A DNA stretch of 64,000 nucleotides from an uncultured Gemmatimonadales bacterium (GTDB taxonomy: Bacteria; Gemmatimonadota; Gemmatimonadetes; Gemmatimonadales; GWC2-71-9). The position numbers and the translations under genes were made by a program. Under the pieces are notes generated by a model. It worked only from the letters and a program-made list of their open reading frames with translations. It was not told the origin of the DNA and searched no databases. Location of the stretch: assembly GCA_963842945.1 (NCBI GenBank), contig CAWJIM010000020.1:96001-160000 (forward strand), in the 5' to 3' direction. Below are positions 34,990 to 45,266 of the stretch, one piece after another. Position 1 is the stretch's first letter. The number at the start of each line of letters is the position of its first letter.

Positions 34990-35515
34990 TCACAACCGGA
35001 CTCCCTTCCCGAACCACCAGATGAGTGTTCCCAGCGCAATCGGGATGCCGTACGGTATGGTCAACACGGCCGCTGAGTCGAGCTTACGCCTCTGGCCGGC
35101 TTGCCCCAGACTGGCAAGCGATTTCACCAGATCCAACGTGTTGAAGAGCAGCAGGCCCAGCAGGCCTCTGCGGATCATGGCTCCCCAACGCAAACGCCGC
35201 TCCCAGAACCGCAGCCAGGGCCAGCGCCCCGACGATGTGAGGGGAGCCCAGGAACGCTCCCACAGCTGCCAGCAACTTCACATCGCCACCGCCGATGGCC
35301 CCGAGAGCGTAGAAGACAACAGCCGGCAACAGGGCTATGCCGGCTCCGGCCAACCCCTGAAGCAGGACATCAAGGCCGAGCGGGGCTCTCAGCAACAAGG
35401 CGACTGCGAACCCCGTGACGGTGATTTTGTTGGGGATCCGGTGGGTGGTCGCGTCCCACCAGGCAGCAGTGGAGGCAAATACGACGAGTACTACATCCGC
35501 CACCGCTGGGATCAC
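34990..35515 (-). CDS. cpaA: Prepilin peptidase CpaA/TadV (A24), frameshifted
   Basis: WD...RIPN, GGGDVKL.AA.GA.LG, IPYG.PIA.G. Confidence 0.92.
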
Positions 35516-35524
35516 CCTACCGGC

Positions 35525-35710
35525 TCACGTGGCCTTGTCAGCTGCCGTCTTCAGATCAGTGTTGGCCTTGGTGAAGATCGTCTTGATGGAAGCGCCCATG
35601 CCCTGAATGAGGACCACCACGCCGATCACGATCAGCCCGAGCAGCAGGGCGTACTCCGCCAGCCCTTGACCCGACTCATCGTTCCAAAACTTCCGTGCGA
35701 GTGCCATCAT
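35525..35710 (-). CDS. flp: Flp family type IVb (Tad) major pilin
   Basis: FWNDESG|QGLAEYALLLGLI (Flp motif), 61 aa, preceded by the RBS GGAGG. Confidence 0.93.
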   Translation of the reverse strand: MMALARKFWNDESGQGLAEYALLLGLIVIGVVVLIQGMGASIKTIFTKANTDLKTAADKAT

Positions 35711-35732
35711 ACTTCTTCCTCCGCTGCTAGGT

Positions 35733-35751
35733 TGAGTGGAAACAGGACACA
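35733..35751 (-). promoter_or_regulatory. 19-nt motif in the flp leader, shared with the cpaB leader
   Basis: Minus strand TGTGTCCTGTTTCCACTCA, ending 22 nt before the flp ATG. Confidence 0.5.
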
Positions 35752-36167
35752 GGGGGACTCCGAAAAAACGGCGATCCCATGGGTGGCAGGACATCGAGGT
35801 CCCTGCCTGAAATTGCCGCCGAGTTTTCACGGGGGTGCTAATTGTCCGCTGAGGATGACTGGGTACGGCCATGATATAGCGCCGATTCCACGCCGACGCC
35901 AGTCCCACAAACGGAAGAACCAGGCAATCTGCGACCCTGTGACCCATATCTCTTGTACTTTGAAGGACGGCCCCAAAGATATACAGCGCCTGACGCACCG
36001 CCGCTAGTGCCACCATCTCAGCAGCAGTAAGCACTCGGGCGGACCCTCAGGGCACAATCCTGGCCATGCGGGCCTATATTGGTTCTCGCCTATGCCCACG
36101 CAGCGCTGAAGTCGGCTCAATTCTTTTGAGACAGAATAAGCTTACATGGGGCATCCTCAGAAATCGC

Positions 36168-37776
36168 ATGGGACAACCGCTAGCACGGAGTGACGTGGTC
36201 ACACCAACAGGTGATGTAGTGGCGGGACCACGATTGCGCCCGCCCTCCCTCCCGGCGGTGGTGTTCGGCCTTTTGGCCGCGGTGGTGCCGATTGCCTTGC
36301 AGATGCCGCTTCTGAATTCGGATGGAGATCTCGCCCGGCATCTGCGGCACGGGCGGTACATGCTGGAGCACGGAGGGCTGATCCGGGTAGATCCGTTCTC
36401 GTTTACCCGTCCAGGCGCGCCGTTCGTTGGGTTCGAATACGGAAGCCAGCTGCTCTATGCCCTGGCCGAGCGGCTGGGAGGCCTTCCCGCAGTCGCGATA
36501 CTGGCTGGCCTGCTCATCGCCACGACCTATGCGGCTATGACGGCTTTCCTTCTGCGCCGGGGAGTCGATCCGCTACTCGCGTACCTCGTGGTCGCGCTCG
36601 CGGTAGTTCTGGGCATTGGCCATTGGAACGCCCGGCCACATCTCTTTTCCTTCCTCGCCACGCTGGTTCTCCTGAGCCTGCTGGAGGGAAGGCCGCGCAG
36701 GGCGGTGGCGGCCAGCGCCATCCTTTTTGCCGTGTGGGCCAACCTTCACGGAGGCTTCGTCTACGGCTGGATTCTCATCGGTATCTACCTGGCGGGAGCC
36801 TGGGGCGAGCTTCTCTGGGGAAACGAGCCAGCGTTCTGGCGGGAGCGGGTCAGGTACTATCTGGCGCTGCTCGGGACCGCCGTGGCGGCTACGCTGGTGA
36901 ATCCTCATGGGCTGGAGCTCCACCGTCACCTCGTCGCGTTCTTTGGCACGCCTTTTCTGCGAGACCACACAGCAGAATTCGTATCCCCCAGATTTCCACG
37001 AGACGGGCGCAAAGGTGTTCCTTGCGGTGCTGCTGGTCATGTTTGGCGTGCTGTGTCTGCAGAGTCGACGCGCAAGCTTGCCTCGTCTGCTGCTGCTCGG
37101 TGCCAGTACGGCATTCGCCTTGATGGCGGTCCGCAACATTCCGCTCTTTGGACTCACGGCACTGCCCGTCTTTGCTCTTCATGTGGATTCCACCTGGCGA
37201 GGTCTGCCAGACCCGCGCGGTGTGCGACACCGATTCGAGGTGAGTGCCGGGCAGACCTCCACCTGGCCGTGGGTGTTGCCAGTTACGATTGTCCTCCTTG
37301 TTCTGGCCCTGTCACACGGCCGGCTCGGGTCCATTCAGGTCATCAGAAACGACTTCGATGCATCAGTCTTCCCGGTGGCGGCCGTGGCAAAGGCCCGAGA
37401 CGCGAAGCTCGAGGGGCGGCTCTTCAGTGATTTGGCCTGGGGAGGCTATCTCCTCTATGCCTGGCCGGAACAAAAGGTTTTCATCGACGGCGGCACCGAC
37501 TTCTATGGCGAGGAGATCTTTCGGGAATATGTAGATGTCAAGTCGCTCAGCCCTGGCTGGCGCGAGATTTTGGACCGTTGGCGGATTTCCCTGATGCTGC
37601 TGGATCGGCAAACCACCTTGGCCCATGAGCTCGCGAGGGATGCCACCTGGAGTCAGTGGTACTGCGATTCACTCGCGGTCGTGTTCCGCCGCTCGTCTGC
37701 CAGCACGGTCGTGATACCAGCGGGTGCTGACTCTTCAGAGCGAGCACTCGATGCCTGCGGCGGCCCCTCCTCATAG
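36168..37776 (+). CDS. Polytopic membrane protein, GT-C-like (DxDxxxHL..G family), frameshift near 36985
   Basis: SDGDLARHLRHG...DPFSFT after TM1, RPHLFS, WANLHGGF, NPHG, RNIPLF, WGGYL, VFIDG.TD.YG. Confidence 0.7.
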
Positions 37777-38558
37777 GATTCTGCAACAACCACCAGAGAT
37801 AAGCCCCATGGGAGCCCGACATGGCGGAGCAGGGCGGCTTCGGCGCTCAGGAGCACCGCCAGTGCCTCGTTAATCAGACCGGGAGGCAACCTGGTATCGG
37901 AGCGTGGCACGGTACGGGGGCGTCGTTGCTGAAGCAGCCGGTACAGAGACAAGAGTGGGAATAACGTCGTATTCCAATAGGAGAGTCGACGGATCCGGAG
38001 TCGTTCCCTGGCTAAGAGGCCGCGGAGAGTGACCTTGCTATACCGCCGGAAATGCTGGAGCGCGGCGTCATGGTAGGAAAAGAGCCACTGGTGCGCCGGC
38101 ACGCTGATGATCATGCTGCCGCCGGGCCTCAGGACGCGAGCCATCTCCGTCATCGCACCGGAATCGTCCTTTATATGCTCCAGGACATCCGAGGCGATGA
38201 CCACGTCGAACGTCCCATCCCGAAACGGCAGCCGGACCCCATCGGCGCGGCAGTAGGAGCCTCCACCCCTGGCCTGGGCCAGCCGAACCGCGTGTGGGTC
38301 AGGCTCCACCCCGGTGACTGATCCGAACTGGCCGTAGCCTGTCGTGTTCCCGCCGGTTCCGCAGCCGTAGTCGAGAATCCGAAGCGCACCGGCTCGAGCG
38401 CCGCCAACTCTGGCCAGAAAGCTCACGAGCAAGCGCCGGCGCCCTCGAAACCACCAGTGAGTAAGTTCGACCAGGTGCATTGCCTGATATTCGGCCGGGA
38501 GCACTAATCCTCTCGAGTGGGCAGGTTTCTCTGGCTCTGATTCACCGGGCTCCCGCAA
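37653..38558 (-). CDS. Class I SAM-dependent methyltransferase
   Basis: HWWFRGRR, ILDYGCGTG, LPF.D..FD, DVLEHI, RVLRPGG, VPA...L.S.HD...HFRRY. Confidence 0.88.
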   Translation of the reverse strand: MREPGESEPEKPAHSRGLVLPAEYQAMHLVELTHWWFRGRRRLLVSFLARVGGARAGALRILDYGCGTGGNTTGYGQFGSVTGVEPDPHAVRLAQARGGGSYCRADGVRLPFRDGTFDVVIASDVLEHIKDDSGAMTEMARVLRPGGSMIISVPAHQWLFSYHDAALQHFRRYSKVTLRGLLARERLRIRRLSYWNTTLFPLLSLYRLLQQRRPRTVPRSDTRLPPGLINEALAVLLSAEAALLRHVGLPWGLSLVVVAESYEEGPPQASSARSEESAPAGITTVLADERRNTTASESQYH

Positions 38559-38591
38559 AGTCGGCCAGGACCCGACGCTGGACGTAGAGCT

Positions 38592-40178
38592 CTACTGCGG
38601 ACTGGGCCGTCCATTCTGCACCCTGGTGAACCGGAAGAGCTCGGTGCCAGGCGACCAGTAGGTCTCATCGGGCAGGGGTTTGAGATCGGCCTGGAAATAC
38701 TCGCGGAATACCATGCGAAAGACGTTAACTGGACTGATCGAGTCGTCTACGATCGAGGCATCAGCACCGGGCAGATAATACGCTGCGAAGATGTCGGCCC
38801 GCTCCGCTGCCCGGTCCGGTGTAACGGCATCGATCGCGGGGATGTGAAGGGGCATCCTGCCGTGTCCGTGATCGCTCTGCAAAAGGATTACGGGCTGGGA
38901 CGGAGAGTCAGTGAGCAGATGCCCTACAATCGATTCCAACCGCTGATTGAGACAGGTGATCTGGGCGATGTAGGCCTGCTTTTCCGGCCTTTCGTCTTTA
39001 ACCACGAAATATGAAGGCCAGAACGGTGGACGGACACTGCAATCTGCGTTGAAGATATAGGGCTCGTGAGGAACGGTCAGGTGCGCAAACACAAAGAATG
39101 GCCGTCCATCCCTGGGCCAGGTCGGCACTTGACGCAGCTGCCCGAATTTCCACTCCATAAGCTCCGCTTCATCGGCAAACGGCGTGACCCGGCGGGGGCA
39201 GTCAATGCGTTGACAAACCCAGCTGATCACCGGCTCGGCCAGCGTGGTGCGCCGCCAGACAATCTCGAATTCGCTGAGAATCTGTCGCGGGTTGGGCACC
39301 TGGACGTCCGCCAGGCGGTTAGTGGCAGTGAAGGGAAAAGCGGTCGGGAAGAAGATGAATCGGTAGCCGCGCGCCTTCAGGAATCGCCAGACGGCGTTGT
39401 CCTCTACCAGATGGTTCACATAGGCCTTATTGCGGCGCTGGGTCTCCGGCGCCCGGGGGAGGTTGTCCAGGTAGCCATAATTGAGCAGGGACGCCAGTGA
39501 AAGCGCGGTGTAGATGTAATTGGCTTGTGCGTGGCCAGGGAGCACGAACCCGCGCCGGCGGAGGAAGGTCTCGAATTCCGAGTTGTCGAAATCAAAGTTG
39601 CTCTTCAATGAGCGGCTACCGGTATACTTGTCCAGCACAATCAGATAGATGTCCGGACTGCGCTTCGGGTTTGCGCTGGCTGAGCTGGCCGGACGAACGG
39701 CACCCACCACGTCTCCATCCGGCGGGTACGATCGGATTCTCTCCCGGAGGAGAACGGCCACGTTCCAGAGCACCAGGATGCTGGTGAGTACCGTTAAGAA
39801 ACGAGTCAGATGTCGCCGGTTGGGAATCAGCCTGAACAGGAGATAAGTAGCGGCGGCGAGGTAGCTCGCCAGAAGCACGAACGGAACGATGGTATGAGCA
39901 ATGGGCGCCGCCCAGGCGATCTCCTCGAGCTCCAGAATGAAGTAGCCGTACGACGTAAACAGGAGTACGAGCATGAAAGTGACGAACGCTCGGCCATCCG
40001 GGTCGTGAATGACCACAGTGAGCAGGACCCATGCAAGGACGGCGACGAGGAGGGAGAGACCTATTGGCGATAGCAGCACCCACAGCCCGGGAATCTCCCC
40101 AGGATTGGCGGCCGCTAGGGCAAGCACAGGATAGACGGCTGCGAGCAAGGGGTAGACCACCAAGCGCCGCGTTGTCAC
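38592..40178 (-). CDS. Membrane-anchored sulfatase/alkaline-phosphatase-superfamily protein (LTA synthase-like topology)
   Basis: About five N-terminal TMs, PDIYLIVLD.Y, Y..T..SL.S.LN, FVFAHL..PH.PY, ILLQSDHG. Confidence 0.8.
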   Translation of the reverse strand: MTTRRLVVYPLLAAVYPVLALAAANPGEIPGLWVLLSPIGLSLLVAVLAWVLLTVVIHDPDGRAFVTFMLVLLFTSYGYFILELEEIAWAAPIAHTIVPFVLLASYLAAATYLLFRLIPNRRHLTRFLTVLTSILVLWNVAVLLRERIRSYPPDGDVVGAVRPASSASANPKRSPDIYLIVLDKYTGSRSLKSNFDFDNSEFETFLRRRGFVLPGHAQANYIYTALSLASLLNYGYLDNLPRAPETQRRNKAYVNHLVEDNAVWRFLKARGYRFIFFPTAFPFTATNRLADVQVPNPRQILSEFEIVWRRTTLAEPVISWVCQRIDCPRRVTPFADEAELMEWKFGQLRQVPTWPRDGRPFFVFAHLTVPHEPYIFNADCSVRPPFWPSYFVVKDERPEKQAYIAQITCLNQRLESIVGHLLTDSPSQPVILLQSDHGHGRMPLHIPAIDAVTPDRAAERADIFAAYYLPGADASIVDDSISPVNVFRMVFREYFQADLKPLPDETYWSPGTELFRFTRVQNGRPSPQ

Positions 40179-40252
40179 GTCTATTTGGAGCCTTTAGACC
40201 CTCGGAGCAGCTGAGAGAGTGCTCCCGCGGTCATGGGGGTAGGTTCGGCGAC

Positions 40253-41138
40253 TCAGGTGGGGCGAAGTGCAGTAGTGTTGGCAACCGATGGAACTACCGC
40301 AGGTTCAGGCACGTCTTCCCTGGATTTGTCAGACTCAGTGATTCTGCCAGCGGACTTGAACGAGGGCGGCGGGGCTGTCGTCGGACCCAACGTTGCCAAG
40401 TGGGGCTCGCCGTACTCTCCCCGGAGCCAGTTGGCCCGGATCCGGAACAAATCAATGGCCATGGCCAGGGAGTCTCCAGCCAATCGGACCTTTGATCCAG
40501 GCTGGTGGGTCCAGTTTACCGGCACCTCAGCCACCTGGTAGCCCCGTTTGCGAGCCATCAGCAGGACCTCGACATCGAAGCTGAAGCCGTTCATTCGCAT
40601 GCGGGAGAAGAGTTCCTGTGCCACCGAGAAGCGAAAGAGCTTGAACCCGCACTGAGTATCCTTCACACCAGCATCCGCCAGTTGCTCAACCAGGAGATGG
40701 AACGTACGGCCGATGAGGTGACGATACAGCTTGGCCTTGACTCGGGTCCCCTCCTCCCGCAATGCCCGCGAGCCCACCGCGATATCCGCGCCCCCGGCGA
40801 GCGCATGCTCCAGACGCTCGACCTCGCTGAACGGCGTTGCGCCATCCGCATCGGCGAACAGCAAGTTGTGCCCCAACGCATTCAGCATTCCGGTTCTGAC
40901 GGCATAGCCCTTTCCCTGGTTGGCGGCCAGGCGGATCAGCCTGAGTTCGGCGTATTGTTGGCAGAGCTGTCGCCCGACCGAGCTGGTGTCATCTTCGCTC
41001 CCATCGTCGACCAGGATCACCTCGAAGACGCGGCGAGCCCGCCGGCAATAGTCAACGATGTCTCCGGACCGTTGGTCCGATCCGGGAGCCTTCATTGTAC
41101 GCCGGAATAATGATCGACAGGTCTGGCGTTTGGGCCAT
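40253..41138 (-). CDS. Dolichyl/polyprenyl-phosphate glycosyltransferase (GT2, DPG-synthase-like), N-terminal frameshift
   Basis: DLSIIIPAYNE, VDDGS.D, NQGKG.AVR.G, FADADG, GSR, DTQCGFKLF, F.FDVE.L. Confidence 0.9.
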
Positions 41139-41236
41139 GGGCCTCGGGCTACGATTTATTCGGTAGAGTGAGTTGCAGCTTGTGGGCTCGGGCTGACTCA
41201 GATCCTGAACAAATTGCACAAACGGCCCTCTGGGCG

Positions 41237-43488
41237 CTAGTTGGTTCGCCGAGTGTCCCTGGTGGTATCGGGTTTGACGCCTGATTCAGTTCTTCCCGCT
41301 GCCGCCGCAATTCTCGGTAAGTGGAAGACCTTGAAGATGTTAGAGAAATCGTCGGTCCACAGTGCTACGCCTGGCTGGGTCCGGAGCGGACGCCATCGTT
41401 GATTGGCCGGCAAGAGCCCCAACCGGGATTGCTGACGAGCCGCCGTCGCCCAAACGGATGGGTTTCCGCCCGCGTCGGCGTCTTTTTGGGGAAGCTTTCA
41501 GGTTCGCCCGGATGAGGCCGGTGAGCTTGGTGGCCCCAATTGACCGCGCCACGACAGGCTCGAGGTTGAGATAGCGGTTGCTGAGGTGAAAGAGCAGGAC
41601 CCCGTCAGGTGCCAGTCTGCTGAGATAAGCCGACAGGGCCTCCAGGGTGAGCAAATGCAGCGGAATGGCGTCCGAGGTGAACGCATCCAGAACGATCAAA
41701 TCGTAATAGTGTGGGGTGCCTTCAACATCGAAAGCCGTCCGTCTCCCAGCACAACGTTTACTTTGGCGGGGGTATCCTGCAGATAGGTGAAATACCTGCT
41801 GTCTCGAGCCAATCTGGCAATATCCGGATCTATTTCGTAAAAGGTCCACTCCTCGCCTTGACGGGCATAGGCGGCAAGCCCCCCAGTGCCCAGACCTATG
41901 ACCGCCACCTTCCGCCCAGGCGTAGCGGGTACGCTGCTGAAGAAGTCCCCTAGGGGACCACCTCGATAGTAGTAGCTGGCCGGTTCTCGGCGCCTGGCTG
42001 GGTCCGTGCTCTGAGCTCCATGCTTGGTGGTCCCATGCAGCAGCACCCGGGTTCTGTGGCCGGCATCTTCGATTACTTCTCGCACCCCGAAGAAATTGCG
42101 TTCCCGCAACAGAACTCCCGGCCGGGTTTCCCTGACGACATACCCGGCGAGCAGTATTCCGGCTAGGGCGAGAGTGAATCTGAGAGGATCCCGGCTCATC
42201 CGCAGGCAGATCACCGCGGCTATGACCGAGGCCGCAAGAACCGCTGCCACCACTGGCCGATCGCCGATGCCGACACGGGTGACCAATAAGATCGCGCAGC
42301 CGAAGCCTATCAGCGCCGCGTCTCGATACCGCGCGCGGGGACCGGGCTCTGGCTGCGCAGTTCGCGGACGAACCGCACAGGCGAGCAGCAGGGTGATTGG
42401 ATATTCCAGGATCGAGTCGAAAAAGGCGGGAGCCACCACTGCATTGAAGACACCTCCCAGCACGCCGCCCACCGCAAGACACAGATAAAAGTCGGTCAGG
42501 CGAGCTACCGGAGGCTTGGTTCGGGCCAGTTCACCGTGGCAGACCAAGGCCGTCATGAAGAAGACGATCAAATGGAACGGCAGGAGCCATGGCGCCGATG
42601 CGGATGGTCCCCAGAAATCCACGACGGCAAGGAGGATGAGGCCGATCGGCTGCCAGCGCACGAGCACTGAATGAGGGAAAATCGAACGCCGGCCGAATAC
42701 CATCGTGAACGACAGCAGGTAGAGCACCAGCGGCACGATCCACAGGAGAGGCACCGCCGCCACGTCCGTCGTGAGATGGGTAGTCAGGGCCAGAAAAAAG
42801 CTCGAGGGCACGAATGCCAGAAGCGTCCACCGAAGCATCGTGCCGGTCGGGACGCGAGGTGCCAGCTCGCTGGTCCTCTCCCGATCCTCCCCTACAAAAC
42901 CCCTTTTGAGGTACACCGCCGCAATCACTACGAGGAGGATGAGAAACAGGTACCCGATGCTCCAGAGCCTCGCCTGCCCCCGGAGCGGAATCAGCGGCTC
43001 CAGTACGAAAGGGGTAGCTCAGCAGCGCCAGCATGCTACCCAGGTTGCTCGCGGCGTAGAGGAAGTACGGGCTCTCTGCCTGTCGGATGAGCGGTCTTGG
43101 AAAACCACACCTGTAACAGGGGGCCGGTGCTCGAGAGAAGCGTGAACGGCGCACCGAGCGACAGAGTAAGTACCCAGAGAAGCCACGCATTCGGGTGCTC
43201 GAATCGAAAGGCACCTGAGGTGCCGGCAACGCTGATCGGCAGACTCAGCAGACAGAGGGCGAGCAGCCCGATGTGCAACAGGGTGTGACGTCGGAGACCC
43301 AACCATCTGGGGCCCAAGTGCGCGTAGAGATAGCCCAGCAGGAGCGCGCCCTGAAAGAAGAGCATGCAGGTAGTCCATACCGCAGGGCTGCCCCCCAGCA
43401 GGGGAAGCACCATCTTGCCGAACATCGGCTCGACGACAAAGAGCAGTGCCGCGCTTAGGAAAACGGCCAGCGTGAACGCCAGTCCCAT
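41237..43488 (-). CDS. Fused MFS-like / spermidine-synthase-like SAM-binding membrane protein, frameshifted
   Basis: LPLLGG.PAVW.TC..FFQ, PY.LYA.SN.GS, VP.LW..PL.LYL, CHGEL...P, HGTT.HG.Q, IGLGTG, YEIDP, GDGRL, DAF.SDAIP.HLLT, WTDDFSN. Confidence 0.85.
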
Positions 43489-43676
43489 AGTCCGCCAGAG
43501 TTGTGATGCTTGATCGAGTTCATCCGGCAGCTTCGTAGCCAGTTCTTCTCGGCCCGCTAGCTGGCCATGTCGCTTGGGAGTTCCTCGGTGCGGGCGGGAG
43601 CCAGCTGCACGCCCCCGAGGGGGAAGGGGAGCGTGAAATCCTAAACACAATCAAAAGCCGGATACGGTACCAGCGG

Positions 43677-43883
43677 TTACCGCCGCCTACTCCAGTTCCT
43701 GGCCAGCTGAATCGCGGCGAAAACCAGCAAAACTACGGCAGCGAACCACATGATGAAGGACAGCCAACCCGTTGTCATTATTGCACCGCCCACGAACAGC
43801 AGAGCAAGCGCGGCCAGCCGAAGTGCGGGGGTAAGCGGCCACTGCGGGGCTCTTGGTGCAGTCATCGCAATCCTCTTCATCAA
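43677..43883 (-). CDS. Small hypothetical protein with two TMs
   Basis: 68-aa ORF with two hydrophobic helices and a basic C-terminus. Confidence 0.45.
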   Translation of the reverse strand: MMKRIAMTAPRAPQWPLTPALRLAALALLFVGGAIMTTGWLSFIMWFAAVVLLVFAAIQLARNWSRRR

Positions 43884-44173
43884 AGGGTGGGCCGGCTGGG
43901 CTCGGAAATGGACAACCTACGGGTACACAGGCCCAGTTTTTGAGAAGGCAGTTATGCCTCCAGCCTGCGACCCGGTGTTCCGGACGAGCGTTCCTATGAT
44001 GGTGATGAGAGTTCGAATGCTTACGATCAAACCGCGCAACAGTATAGCTGCCGACCTGCTTGCTCGCCACCGTCTTTTGGCCCACTATCACAAGGTGTAG
44101 GTGTCTACCAGCGCAAACCGTTCCCGCGCTGTAGACTTGTAAGGTCGTTCCCAACCCGATCGACTCAGGTCTC

Positions 44174-44839
44174 ATGGCTGTGCACTACATACGTATCGCA
44201 CTGTGCTTGTTGGGCTTAACCACCCCGGGCACCGCGTTCGGCCAGACCCCGGCCGGCGACAGCACGGCCCGATCACCCCGAGACAGCTCCCCAGCCCTCA
44301 CCGATAGTGCGGCCAACAGCGCCTCCACCGGTGACAGTGCGTCAGCGGATACCACCCGTTCGGCCTCCGACAGCTCTCAGCCGGCGACCCGGGAGAACCC
44401 TGCCGGGGCACCTGGCGAGCAGGGGGCCCCCGATACCGCCCGGGCACGTGGAGCGGTGGACTCGATCAAGCCGGCTGCGGCAGCCGCGCCACCGCCGACA
44501 GACAGTATCCTGAGTTCGGCCTGCAGTAGTTCTGCCGGCCCGACGAGCACAGCGCCGGACCTGCTGGTCGTCACTTTCACGCCGGAAACCGGAAAAGCTG
44601 ACCGCGCCGCGGCAGCCAGAAGCGTCAAAGGCAGGCTGCTGGGTCAAGCGGTTTCGGAGCCGGGGGCCTACTACTTGTGGGTGCCGGCGGCGGGCCAGGA
44701 ATACCGGCTGAGAGCCGCCGCCGACCAGCTGATTCAACAGCCCCAGGTACGGCAGGTCGGGTCCCGCGCCTGTCCACCGGCTCCGCCGGCCGATACTACT
44801 CGTCCGGGGCCGACTACTCGGCAGCTTCCAAAGGGTTGA
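44174..44839 (+). CDS. Secreted protein: low-complexity linker plus subtilase-propeptide-like C-terminal domain
   Basis: Signal peptide ending AFG|Q, Ser/Ala/Pro linker, then LLVVTF.PET..ADRAAAA..V.GRL...YYLWVP...AADQL...P.V..V, bracketed by two Cys. Confidence 0.6.
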   Translation: MAVHYIRIALCLLGLTTPGTAFGQTPAGDSTARSPRDSSPALTDSAANSASTGDSASADTTRSASDSSQPATRENPAGAPGEQGAPDTARARGAVDSIKPAAAAAPPPTDSILSSACSSSAGPTSTAPDLLVVTFTPETGKADRAAAARSVKGRLLGQAVSEPGAYYLWVPAAGQEYRLRAAADQLIQQPQVRQVGSRACPPAPPADTTRPGPTTRQLPKG

Positions 44840-45266
44840 GCCTCGGTCCGCTGTGCTGGTCGGAAATGGTCGTGTGCGTGGCGCTGAGCTGAGCGGCAAC
44901 TGGTTCTGCTGGTGCGGAAGGTCCGGAAGGACCGTCGTACGGCCGGCATCCAGGCACCAGCATGGCGCCCAGAATGACAGCCACAATGAAGGCGAAACCC
45001 CGTGGGGCGGACAGCACAAACCCTCCTTCGGTTCGTTCGGCGACCCGACCGGCATGGCCCGGCGCGTCAATGCGCAATGGGCGTTAGCCTCGTGGCTTTG
45101 CGTCCCCGCCTTTCGACGGGTTTGCCTTTGTCGCGACCCTCGCTAGAGGGTACGATCCTGCCGTTCAGTTATGAGTGGGTGGGTCAGCGCCAGAACAACG
45201 GCTGACTTCCAGCCGAAGTATCGGTCTCTGCGTCGGCAAACTGAGGTCTGGTCGCTGGCTGGGAAG

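Noticed and set aside
36050..36065. Possible sigma54 promoter GGCAC-N5-TGGC for the GT-C-like gene
   Set aside because: The GG-N10-GC spacing is right, but both flanks deviate from TGGCAC/TTGC. This is too weak in GC-rich DNA, and no enhancer-binding protein is nearby.
44814..45077. 87-aa minus-strand ORF with a hydrophobic stretch and Cys (possible small lipoprotein)
   Set aside because: It overlaps the convergent gene end, has a poor lipobox and shows no recognisable homology, so it cannot be supported.
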